Positions 52,139 to 60,645 of a DNA stretch of 64,000 bases are shown in pieces. The notes under the pieces were generated by a model. The model searched no databases, was not told the origin of the DNA, and was given only the letters and a program-made list of their open reading frames with translations. Source of the DNA: Candidatus Eiseniibacteriota bacterium (GTDB taxonomy: Bacteria > Eisenbacteria > RBG-16-71-46 > SZUA-252); contig QJVW01000094.1 of the NCBI GenBank assembly GCA_003235575.1, positions 7,657 through 71,656 of the forward strand. Reading direction: 5' to 3'. Positions within the stretch are counted from its first letter, which is position 1, and the number at the start of each line of letters is the position of its first letter. A program made the translations under genes and the position numbers.

Positions 52139-53358
52139 TCGCCACCGTCCACGCATTCCTCGCACCCTATCGCCGCGCCGCCCTGGCCGCGGCCGCCCTC
52201 CTTCTGATCGCGGTCCCCGCCGCCGGCAAGGACGTCTCGATATCGGGGAAGGTCGTGAAGGGCGCCGACCATGTCCCGCTCGCGGGGCAGGCCGTCACGC
52301 TCCATATCCTTCGCGGTCAGGAAGAGCTTCCCGGCTCCACGCAAACGAGCGGAAAGGACGGCAGCGTTCGCTTCGACCGCGTTCCGGAGGGGCCGGACCT
52401 CGAGTACTACCTGGCGACCGAGTACGAAGGGGCGTACTACACCGAGGGGCCGATCCCGCAGGGGCACGGCGGCGAGCGGCGGCAGGTGCTCGTCGTCTAC
52501 GACGTGGGCAAGGATATCGGGAAGGTGTCCGTCGCCAACCACCACATCATCATCGAGCGGCAGCCCGACGGATTGAACGTCAACGAGATCCTCATCATCG
52601 ACAACATGGCCGACACGTCGTACCTGGGCATCGGCGCCGATCACGCGGAAAACGCCGGCATGCGGCTGGGGCTACCGGCCTCGATCAAGGGCTTCGCGCC
52701 GGGCGTCGGCGCCGACGAAGGGACGCTGGTGCTGAAGGGCCGGGAACTGATGAGTCTCCGGCCGATTCCGCCGGGACAGCGCCCCCTGTCGTTCAGCTAC
52801 ACGGTGCCGCTCTCGGGCCGCATCGACCTCTCCCACCGGTTCTACTTTCCCACGCGCACGTTCGTCGTGATGATCGACGATCCTTCGCTGAAGCTGGAGT
52901 CGAAGGCCCTGACCTTCGCCGGCTCGCGGGATCAGGGCGGCAAGAAGTACGAGATGTACACGGGCACGAATCTCGACATCGGAAGCGAAGTGGAGATTCG
53001 CGTGCAGGGCGCCAGCTTCTGGTCGAATCCGGCGATCTACCCGTGGCTGGCCGTCCCGTTCCTGGTCGTCGGGGTGCTCGTGATGGCGCGCCGGATGGCC
53101 CGCAAGCCCGTCGCGCCGGGCGGCGCGCCCGCCGCCGCCGCGCCCGCGCCGCACCGGAGTCCGTCCTCGCCCGCATCGTCCGCCGCGGGCGGAGGGGATG
53201 AGGACCTCGCCCAGACGTACGCGTATCTGATCGCCGCGCTCGACCAGGGCAAGGACCAGGGGGAGATCTCCGCCGATAGCCACGGCCTCGTTCGGGAGAA
53301 CCTGAAGCGCCGCCTGGCGCTCCTCGTCGCCGACGAACCCGCTTCGCGGAGCCGTTGA
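52135..53358 (+). CDS. Periplasmic beta-sandwich protein with a C-terminal TM and a CcmI-like cytoplasmic helix, ccm-associated
   Basis: Signal peptide, ISGKVV...VTL...DGSVRF (carboxypeptidase-regulatory-like), TM, LIAALDQGKDQGEISAD. Confidence 0.65.
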   Translation: MIATVHAFLAPYRRAALAAAALLLIAVPAAGKDVSISGKVVKGADHVPLAGQAVTLHILRGQEELPGSTQTSGKDGSVRFDRVPEGPDLEYYLATEYEGAYYTEGPIPQGHGGERRQVLVVYDVGKDIGKVSVANHHIIIERQPDGLNVNEILIIDNMADTSYLGIGADHAENAGMRLGLPASIKGFAPGVGADEGTLVLKGRELMSLRPIPPGQRPLSFSYTVPLSGRIDLSHRFYFPTRTFVVMIDDPSLKLESKALTFAGSRDQGGKKYEMYTGTNLDIGSEVEIRVQGASFWSNPAIYPWLAVPFLVVGVLVMARRMARKPVAPGGAPAAAAPAPHRSPSSPASSAAGGGDEDLAQTYAYLIAALDQGKDQGEISADSHGLVRENLKRRLALLVADEPASRSR

Positions 53359-53371
53359 CCCCGCGCGTCCC

Positions 53372-54013
53372 GTGATTCTCCGCGCCGAGGGGATCCACAA
53401 GCGATTCGATACGAGGACCGTCCTCCGGGACGCCACGATCGAAATCGCGCCCGGCGGCATCACGCTTCTCCTCGGCGCGAACGGATCCGGCAAGACCACG
53501 CTCGCGAACATCCTCGCCACCCTTCTCTCGCCGGACCGCGGGCGCATCACCGTGGACGGCGAGCCGCTCGCGCGCCGCCGCGCCGCCGCGCGCCGCTCCA
53601 TCGGGTTCGCCAGCCACCGTCCGCTGCTCTACCTCGGTCTCACGCCGCTCGAGAACCTGTCCTTCTTCGGGGGGCTGGCCGGCGTGCCGACGCCATCGCG
53701 GCGCGCCATGGAACTCCTGGAAATGCTCGGCATGGCCGAGTTCGCGCGGGCGCCCGTCGAGCGCTTCTCGCGCGGCATGCTGCAGCGGATCGTCCTCGCC
53801 AGGGCTCTCATGACCGATCCCAAGGTGCTCCTCCTCGACGAACCCTACACGGGGCTCGACGAGGAAGGCGTGGCGGTCGTGAACGACGTCCTCCGGGCGG
53901 CCCGCGAGCGCGGGGCGGGGAGCCTGGTCATCACGCACGAACCGGAGCGCGTTCGCGCCCTGGCGAGCCGGGTGCTGCGGGTGCACGGCGGCCGCGTGGA
54001 GGAAGCGGCGTGA
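53372..54013 (+). CDS. ccmA: Heme ABC exporter ATP-binding protein
   Basis: GANGSGKT, FSRGMLQR, LLLDEP. Confidence 0.9.
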   Translation: MILRAEGIHKRFDTRTVLRDATIEIAPGGITLLLGANGSGKTTLANILATLLSPDRGRITVDGEPLARRRAAARRSIGFASHRPLLYLGLTPLENLSFFGGLAGVPTPSRRAMELLEMLGMAEFARAPVERFSRGMLQRIVLARALMTDPKVLLLDEPYTGLDEEGVAVVNDVLRAARERGAGSLVITHEPERVRALASRVLRVHGGRVEEAA

Positions 54014-54684
54014 GGACCATCCTCGCGGTGGCGCTCAAGGATTTGCGCCTTCACGCGCGCGACGTGCGATTCCTGGCGACCTTGGCCCTCTTCAGCGCGT
54101 CCCTGGTCCTGATCCTGAGCGTCGCGTTCGGGCCGATCTTTTCCGATCCCGCCCGCGAAGCGAGCGCCACGCTCTGGGCCGCGCTCTTCTTCGCGGGCGT
54201 CCTCGGCCTGACCCGCACGCTCGATCTGGAGGGCGAGTCGGGCGGCGGGGAGGCGCTGCGCCTCACGGGAGCCGATCCCTACGCGCTCTATCTCGGCAAG
54301 ACGATCGCGAACCTGGTTCTCATCGCGGCGGATTTCCTGCTGCTCCTCCCGATCGCCTCGGTCTTCTTCGATGTCGGCTCGCTCGACGTCGTTCCCGGAC
54401 TCCTCGGCGTTGCCGCCCTGGGACTGGTCGGGTATGCTGCCTGGGGCACGTTGTTCGCGGCCCTCGCCAGGGGGCTCCGCGCTCGGGAGTTGCTCCTGTC
54501 GGTGGTACTCTTTCCCACGCTCGTTCCGCTCTGGATCGGCGCCGTAAAGTTGACGCACGCCCTGTGGGGGGACGGGAGCGTGGATCCGGTGCGGGATTGG
54601 ATCAAAGTTCTCGCCGTCATGGACGTCCTCGGCCTCGCGCTGGCGGCGTTCCTCTACGAACTCATTCAGGAGGCAACGGAGTGA
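54010..54684 (+). CDS. ccmB: Heme exporter permease CcmB
   Basis: KDLR, YLGK, RELLLSVVLFP; about 6 TM helices. Confidence 0.88.
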   Translation: MRTILAVALKDLRLHARDVRFLATLALFSASLVLILSVAFGPIFSDPAREASATLWAALFFAGVLGLTRTLDLEGESGGGEALRLTGADPYALYLGKTIANLVLIAADFLLLLPIASVFFDVGSLDVVPGLLGVAALGLVGYAAWGTLFAALARGLRARELLLSVVLFPTLVPLWIGAVKLTHALWGDGSVDPVRDWIKVLAVMDVLGLALAAFLYELIQEATE

Positions 54685-55382
54685 CGCCCACGATACCCCG
54701 CTGGTTCGACCGCCTCGGCGTGCTCCTGTGGGCCGCATCCGTGGCGCTGGTGGCGTTTTCGTTCTGGATGGTGACGCGCGCCCCGATCGAAGTGCAGATG
54801 GGGCCCGTCCAGAAGATCGTGTACGTCCACGTACCCAGCGCGATCGCCACGCTGATCGGCTTCGGCATCACGTTCGCCGCCAGCATCGCCTACCTCGCCA
54901 CGAAGGAGTGGCGCTGGGACGCGCTCGCCGCGTCGTCGTGCGAGGTCGCGATGGTGTTCGCCACGGTCGTCATGATCACGGGCCCGCTGTGGGCGCGGTC
55001 GGCGTGGAACACGTGGTGGACCTGGGAGCCGCGCCTGACCACGTTTCTGATCCTCTGGATCCTCTACGCGGGCTATCACGTCGTGCGCGCGTCGCTCCGG
55101 TCGCAGGCGCGGCGGACCGTATCCGCGGTCATGGGAATCGTCTTCTTCGTGAATCTGCCGATCGTTTGGAAGTCGATCGAGTGGTGGCGGGGCTCGCTCC
55201 ACCCGAAGAACGTGACCATGACGCCGGAGATGCGCGGGACGCTGCTCCTGGGGATGGCCGCTTGGATGCTGTTCTACGCCGCGGCGACGCTGCAGCGCCT
55301 GCGCATCGAGTGGCGCGCCGAGGCGCGGGCCGTCGCCGGGGATCAGGGCCCGTTGGGCGCCGCGGAAGGAGCGGGCTCGTGA
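54681..55382 (+). CDS. ccmC: Heme delivery protein CcmC
   Basis: IVYVHVPSA, TGPLWARSAWNTWWTWEPRLT, LHP. GTG 54681 overlaps the ccmB stop. Confidence 0.92.
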   Translation: MTPTIPRWFDRLGVLLWAASVALVAFSFWMVTRAPIEVQMGPVQKIVYVHVPSAIATLIGFGITFAASIAYLATKEWRWDALAASSCEVAMVFATVVMITGPLWARSAWNTWWTWEPRLTTFLILWILYAGYHVVRASLRSQARRTVSAVMGIVFFVNLPIVWKSIEWWRGSLHPKNVTMTPEMRGTLLLGMAAWMLFYAAATLQRLRIEWRAEARAVAGDQGPLGAAEGAGS

Positions 55383-55477
55383 CCTACGCCATCATCGCCT
55401 ACATCGTCACGGTCGCGCTTTGGCTTCTGTGGGGGTACGCGACGCTGCGGCGCGAGCGCACCCTGAAGAACGACTGA
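55379..55477 (+). CDS. ccmD: CcmD-like small membrane peptide (32 aa)
   Basis: MTYAIIAYIVTVALWLLWGYATLRRERTLKND: AY motif, one TM, basic tail; overlaps the ccmC stop (GTGA) and follows AAGGAG. Confidence 0.7.
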   Translation: MTYAIIAYIVTVALWLLWGYATLRRERTLKND

Positions 55478-55483
55478 GCGTCC

Positions 55484-55819
55484 ATGCGCGACCATCTGGA
55501 CGAACTCGAGATCTCTCCGGAACTCGTTCGCGAGATGATGGATGCCGGCGAGCACTTCGTCCTCCTCGACGTCCGGGAGGACGACGAGTGGGAAGTGGCG
55601 CACCTGGAAGGGGCCATCCAGATTCCGTTGGCGGAGTTGGAGCGGCGGGTCGACGAACTCGATCCGTCCAACGAGGTGATCGTCTACTGCCACACGGGCG
55701 AGCGGAGCGTCGACGCCTGCCTCATCCTCTGGAACGCCGGCTTCCGCAAGGTGCGGAACCTCACCGGCGGCATCGACGCGTGGTCGGAGCTCATCGACCC
55801 TTCGGTTCCGCGGTACTGA
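55484..55819 (+). CDS. Single-domain rhodanese
   Basis: LLDVREDDEW, YCHTGERS, LTGGIDAW...IDPSVPRY. Confidence 0.9.
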   Translation: MRDHLDELEISPELVREMMDAGEHFVLLDVREDDEWEVAHLEGAIQIPLAELERRVDELDPSNEVIVYCHTGERSVDACLILWNAGFRKVRNLTGGIDAWSELIDPSVPRY

Positions 55820-55853
55820 CGTCCCCGCCGTTTCCCGTCCGGTCTCAGCCCCG

Positions 55854-57545
55854 CTAGAGGTGGACGTAGTTCGGACCGCCGCCCCCCTCGGGCGGAACCC
55901 ACGTGATGATCTGATAGGGATCGGCGATGTCGCAGGTCTTGCAGTGGACGCAGTTCGAGGGATTCAGCTTCAGCCGCAACCCGCCTCCCTCCACCGGCTC
56001 CATTTCATACACGTTGGCGGGGCAGAAGTGCTGGCAGGGGTTTCCGTACTCCTCCCGGCAGCGCGTGGCGCAGATCGAGGTGTCGGACACCACCAGGTGG
56101 GACGGCTGGTCTTCGTCGTGCTTCGTTCCGGAGTGGAATACATCGTTCACCTTGGTGAACGTGCGCTCGTTGTCGTAGGCGCGCTGGCGCTCCTCCAGCG
56201 ACACGGGCGCCGCGCCGCTCTGGGCCAGCGTGCGCATCCGTTCGTGGCCCGGCTTCCACATGGGCCGCTCGCCGAACCCAAGGCCGCCCGTCACGAGCTG
56301 CAGCCCCGTGTCGAGCATCCCCAGCCATAGGCCCCGCTCGAATCCCTGATGGAAGTTGCGCACGCCGTGGAGCTCCTTCCACGCCCACGAATCGCGCACC
56401 GCACGATCGTAGGCGCCGAGCGTCTCGGCGTCGAACCGGCCCGCCTGCAGCGCGGCGAACGCCGTCTCGGCGGCGAGCATCCCGGACTTCATCGCCAGGT
56501 GGACGCCCTTCAGGCGCTGTCCGTTCAGGAACGCGGCGCTGTCGCCGGTCATCATGCCGCCGCTCCACGAAAGCCGCGGCATGGCGTAGAACCCGCCTTC
56601 GGGAATCGCCTTGGCGCCGTAGGAGAGGATGCTCCCCCCCTCGAGGAGGCGTGCCACGAAGGGGTGCCGTTTGAATTCCTGGAAGAGCCCGTGCGGGTCC
56701 GTGGTCGGATTTCGGTAGTCCAGGCCGGTCACGAACCCCACCGTCCACTTGTCGCCGTCCATCCCGTAGATGAACCCGCCGCCGAACGTGTGGTTGTCGA
56801 GCGGGTGTCCCATGGTGTGGATCACGCGGCCTTTCGGGACGCGGCCGGCGGGCATCTGCCAGACCTCCTTCACCCCCGTGGCGTAGACCTGGGGCGCACG
56901 CCCCTCGTCCAGCCGCAGCCGCGGGGCGAGCCGCTTGGCCAGCGATCCCCGAACGCCTTCGGCGAGGATCGTGACCTTCGCGCGGATGTCGGCGCCGGGC
57001 TCGAAGTTCGGCTTGCGATTCCCGTGGCGGTCGATGCCCTTGTCGCCCGTGCGCACGCCGACCATCTGGTCGCCCTCGAACAGCGCGTCGACGGCGGCCA
57101 TGTTGGGGAGCACGTAGGCGCCCGTCGCCTCGACCAGCCCGCCCAGCCACTTCTCCAGCGTGCCGAGGGAGATGACGTGGTTCCCGTGGTTCTGGAGCGG
57201 CGGGGGAAGGAAGGGAAAGCGGATCTGGCCGCCCTTCGTGAAGAGATAGAGATCGTCGGTCGTGACGTCCGCCTCGATCGGGGCGCCCTGTTCCCGGTAG
57301 TCGGGAAGAAGCTCCCGCAGCGCGCGCGGATCGAGAACGCATCCGGAAATACCGTGGGCGCCGATCTCCGACGCCTTCTCCAGCACCGCGACCGTCACGT
57401 CGCCGAGCGGCGTGCCGCCCTCGGCCGCGGCCGTCGCGTTGTGGGCCTCGACCAGCTGCGTCAGGCGAAGGGCGCCCGCCAGTCCGGCGGGGCCGCCGCC
57501 CACGAAGAGCACGTCGACGTCCAGGACATCGCGCTCCTCGCTCAT
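55854..57545 (-). CDS. Electron transfer flavoprotein-quinone oxidoreductase
   Basis: VGGGPAG, GAKAIPEGG, KGVHLAMKSG, CQHFCPANVYE, NCVHCKTCDI. ATG 57545 overlaps the trxB stop. Confidence 0.94.
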   Translation of the reverse strand: MSEERDVLDVDVLFVGGGPAGLAGALRLTQLVEAHNATAAAEGGTPLGDVTVAVLEKASEIGAHGISGCVLDPRALRELLPDYREQGAPIEADVTTDDLYLFTKGGQIRFPFLPPPLQNHGNHVISLGTLEKWLGGLVEATGAYVLPNMAAVDALFEGDQMVGVRTGDKGIDRHGNRKPNFEPGADIRAKVTILAEGVRGSLAKRLAPRLRLDEGRAPQVYATGVKEVWQMPAGRVPKGRVIHTMGHPLDNHTFGGGFIYGMDGDKWTVGFVTGLDYRNPTTDPHGLFQEFKRHPFVARLLEGGSILSYGAKAIPEGGFYAMPRLSWSGGMMTGDSAAFLNGQRLKGVHLAMKSGMLAAETAFAALQAGRFDAETLGAYDRAVRDSWAWKELHGVRNFHQGFERGLWLGMLDTGLQLVTGGLGFGERPMWKPGHERMRTLAQSGAAPVSLEERQRAYDNERTFTKVNDVFHSGTKHDEDQPSHLVVSDTSICATRCREEYGNPCQHFCPANVYEMEPVEGGGLRLKLNPSNCVHCKTCDIADPYQIITWVPPEGGGGPNYVHL

Positions 57546-58504
57546 CGCGCGGCCGCCTTCGTCGCCGCGTCGTGCGCGCGCGCCTCGAGCCATCGCTCGG
57601 CGTCGATGGCGGCCATGCAGCCGGTTCCGGCCGCCGTGATCGCCTGGCGGTAGACGAAGTCCTGCACGTCGCCCGCCGCGAACACGCCCTCCACGCTGGT
57701 CTTGGTTCCGTCGTGGGTCTTGATGTACCCGTTCGGGTGCAGATCGAGCTTCCCCTCGAAGAGCCCGGTGTTCGGCCGGTGTCCGATGCCCATGAAGACG
57801 CCGTCGATCGCCATGTCGGACTCCGCGCCGGTCTTCACGTTGCGAAGCCGCACGCCCGTGACCGAGCCCTTCGCCACGTCGAAGATCTCGACCACCTCGG
57901 AGTCCCAGATGAACGAGATCTTGGGGTTCGCGCGCGCCTTCTCCTGCATGATCTTCGAAGCGCGCAGCTCGTCCCGACGGTGGACGATCGTGACCTTCGC
58001 GGCGAACTTCGTGAGGAACGTCGCCTCCTCCATCGCCGTGTCGCCGCCGCCCACGACCATCACGTGCTTCGCGCGGAAGAAGAACCCGTCGCACGTCGCG
58101 CAGGCCGAGACACCGTGGCCCATCAGTTTCGTCTCGCTGGGGATGCCAAGGAGCTTGGCGGACGCGCCCGTCGCGATGATGAGCGCCTCGGCCTGAAACG
58201 AGGCGCCGTCCGCGTGAATCACGAAGGGATGCTTGCTCAGATCCACCGACTCGGCTTGGGCCTGGATGAATGCCGTTCCGAACCGCTCCGCCTGGGCGCG
58301 CATGTCGGCCATCAGATCCGGTCCCATGATCGCTTCCCGGAAGCCGGGATAGTTTTCGACCTCGCTCGTGATCGTGAGCTGGCCGCCCGGCTGAATGCCG
58401 TCGAGAATCAGGGGCTCCAGGTTGGCGCGCGCGGCGTAGATCGCGGCTGTGAGTCCCGCGGCTCCCGACCCGAGAATGACGACCTTTCGTTTATCGTTGC
58501 CCAT
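57542..58504 (-). CDS. trxB: Thioredoxin-disulfide reductase
   Basis: GSGAAG, GGQL...VENYPG, SACATCDG, GGGDTAMEE, FAAGDV, YRQAITAAG. Confidence 0.96.
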   Translation of the reverse strand: MGNDKRKVVILGSGAAGLTAAIYAARANLEPLILDGIQPGGQLTITSEVENYPGFREAIMGPDLMADMRAQAERFGTAFIQAQAESVDLSKHPFVIHADGASFQAEALIIATGASAKLLGIPSETKLMGHGVSACATCDGFFFRAKHVMVVGGGDTAMEEATFLTKFAAKVTIVHRRDELRASKIMQEKARANPKISFIWDSEVVEIFDVAKGSVTGVRLRNVKTGAESDMAIDGVFMGIGHRPNTGLFEGKLDLHPNGYIKTHDGTKTSVEGVFAAGDVQDFVYRQAITAAGTGCMAAIDAERWLEARAHDAATKAAAR

Positions 58505-58698
58505 GGAACAAAAGGCTCCTTCCGAGGGTTTTGATGCCTACCCCGTAGCGCGGTTCCCGAATCGCGCCGATCGCCCGCGCATCCAAAGGCGGCAGGAAAC
58601 GCAAGTCTAGAGAATCCTATGCGGGCGTTCAAGTGCTTGTATTTACAGTCACTAACGCCGCCGGACACCTCCCCAAGACCCTCTGGAAGGAGTTACGA

Positions 58699-59289
58699 AT
58701 GCGACGTTCGTCCATCCTCGCGACGCTACTGCTGTCGGGTGCGCTCATCCTTGGAGCGTCGGCCCACGCGGCGACGTGGGTCATCGACCCGAGCCACTCC
58801 TCGGTCACGTTCAAAGTGCGCCACTTCTTCACGAAGGTCCCCGGCGACTTCGCGCAGTTCGCGGGCACCATCGACTACGATCCGGCCAAGCCGGAGGCGG
58901 GTTCGGTGAAGGTCTCCATCGACGCCGCCTCGGTCAACACGCGGAACGAGCGCCGGGACAACCACCTCCGCTCGGGAGACTTCTTCGATATCGAGAATCA
59001 CCCGATCGTGACCTTCGAGAGCACGAAGGTGGTGAAGGGCGAGGGGAACGCGCTCTCGGTCGAGGGGAACCTCACCATCCGGGGCGTGACGAAGCCGGTG
59101 ACGTTGGAGGCGGTCTACCTGGGCTCGAACGACCACACCGTGGGATTCGAGGCGAGCACCACCGTGAATCGCAAGGATTTCGGCATCGTGTGGAACCGGA
59201 CGCTCGACACCGGGGGAGTGATGCTGGGCGACGACGTCGAGATCACGCTCACCATCGAGGCGAACGTGCCGGAGGAGACGAAGTCCTAA
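58699..59289 (+). CDS. YceI family polyisoprenoid-binding periplasmic protein
   Basis: Signal peptide, IDPSHS, RDNHLRSGDFF, GNLTIRGVTKPV, RKDFG; AAGGAG RBS. Confidence 0.92.
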   Translation: MRRSSILATLLLSGALILGASAHAATWVIDPSHSSVTFKVRHFFTKVPGDFAQFAGTIDYDPAKPEAGSVKVSIDAASVNTRNERRDNHLRSGDFFDIENHPIVTFESTKVVKGEGNALSVEGNLTIRGVTKPVTLEAVYLGSNDHTVGFEASTTVNRKDFGIVWNRTLDTGGVMLGDDVEITLTIEANVPEETKS

Positions 59290-59305
59290 GCATCGCCCAT
59301 CGCGC

Positions 59306-60178
59306 CTAGAGCCAGCGCCGCATCCACGCCGCCACCGATTCGACCATCTCGAGAAGGGGCGGCGGGGTGCGGCGCAACGTGTCTCCGGCCTGGAAGGAGT
59401 GTCCGGCGCCTTCCACGATCCGCAGTTCCGTTCGCTCCGCCGGCCCCATCGCGGCCAGCGCGCGCGCCTCCTCGAGCGACACGAGCGCGTCGCGCGTTCC
59501 GTGCACGATCAGGAGGGCGGCCTGCAGCTTCGCCGCCGCCGCCGCGGAATCGTACGCCGCGTCCTGGCGCGTCATGTCCTCGAAGATCTCGGGTCCCAGC
59601 GGGAGCGTCGCGCGCGTTCGAAAATCGTAGACGTCGGCGGGTTCCCCCGACCTCCACGACGCGAAGTAGGGCTCCGGCCAGACCCCGATCCGTTCGGGAG
59701 AGGCGATCATCGCGAGCGCGCGGGCGCGCGGATCGCGCGACGCGTGGATCAGCCCGATCACGCCGCCCCGGCTGTGCCCGGCGACGCCGTAGGCGAACGC
59801 GTCGTCCGCGGCGGCGACGCGTGTCTCCACCCACTGAACGACGCGGCGCAGGTCCTCCAAGTCCCCGGCATAGGTGCCACGGCGAAACCGCTCCGTCTCG
59901 CCGAACGTTCCCGCGCGGTCGGTCACGCCGGAAGCCGTCGTGCTGAAGGTCACGGCGGGGAGCCCCTCGTTGGCGAGGCGCGTGGCGAGAAACGGAAGAA
60001 ATCCCCAGTCCTTGTACCCGCGAAATCCGTGGCACAGGACAACCGCCCGCCCTTTGATCGCCGAACCGTCGTCGGGCGTGTAGAGATCCCCGCGAAGGGG
60101 GCCTCCGTCCGCGCCCTCGATTTCGAAGGACGTCGGCGTGCCGAGTGGAATCGGCGTCGGTTCGGCGCCGGAGCTCAT
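59306..60178 (-). CDS. Alpha/beta hydrolase
   Basis: CHGFRGYKDWG, GHSRGG, HGTRD, GAGHSF. Confidence 0.88.
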   Translation of the reverse strand: MSSGAEPTPIPLGTPTSFEIEGADGGPLRGDLYTPDDGSAIKGRAVVLCHGFRGYKDWGFLPFLATRLANEGLPAVTFSTTASGVTDRAGTFGETERFRRGTYAGDLEDLRRVVQWVETRVAAADDAFAYGVAGHSRGGVIGLIHASRDPRARALAMIASPERIGVWPEPYFASWRSGEPADVYDFRTRATLPLGPEIFEDMTRQDAAYDSAAAAAKLQAALLIVHGTRDALVSLEEARALAAMGPAERTELRIVEGAGHSFQAGDTLRRTPPPLLEMVESVAAWMRRWL

Positions 60179-60579
60179 CCGCGGAGCGCGGTGAGATCCC
60201 GAATCAAGTCCGGGAGGATCGGGCCGTCACCGTCGACGAAGCGGAGACCCGCCAGGTCCTCGGGCGCGACCCATCGCCAGGCCGCCACGTCGAGCGCGCG
60301 CGGAGGGCGCGAGGCGTTGCTGCAGAAGTGGAAGTAGAGACTGACGGAGCGATCGGGGTAGAGATGCGTCAGGGCTCTCCAGAGCCGCCCGACCGTGACT
60401 TCGATCCCGATCTCCTCGAGCAGCTCCCGGCGAAGGCACTGCTCGATCGATTCTCCGGCATGGCGCTTCCCGCCGGGAAATTCCCACCTTCCCCCTTGGT
60501 GGTCGTGGTCGTGGCGCTGGGTGATCAACACCTCGGCGCCGTTCCATAGGATGCCGGCTGCTACCTCGAATCGTCGCAT
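60175..60579 (-). CDS. mutT: MutT-like Nudix hydrolase (8-oxo-dGTP diphosphatase)
   Basis: HQGGRWEFPGGK...GE...LRRELLEEIG; HLYPDRSVSLYF. Confidence 0.82.
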   Translation of the reverse strand: MRRFEVAAGILWNGAEVLITQRHDHDHQGGRWEFPGGKRHAGESIEQCLRRELLEEIGIEVTVGRLWRALTHLYPDRSVSLYFHFCSNASRPPRALDVAAWRWVAPEDLAGLRFVDGDGPILPDLIRDLTALRG

Positions 60580-60645
60580 GGGAACCCGGAACGCTACCGG
60601 ATACGGGGCAGGGGGGTCAATCGAGGCGGCGGCCCGCCGCGCCGT

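Noticed and set aside
55484-55819. Rhodanese as part of cytochrome c maturation
   Set aside because: It resembles the generic MoeB-type C-terminal rhodanese, and adjacency alone is not enough evidence.
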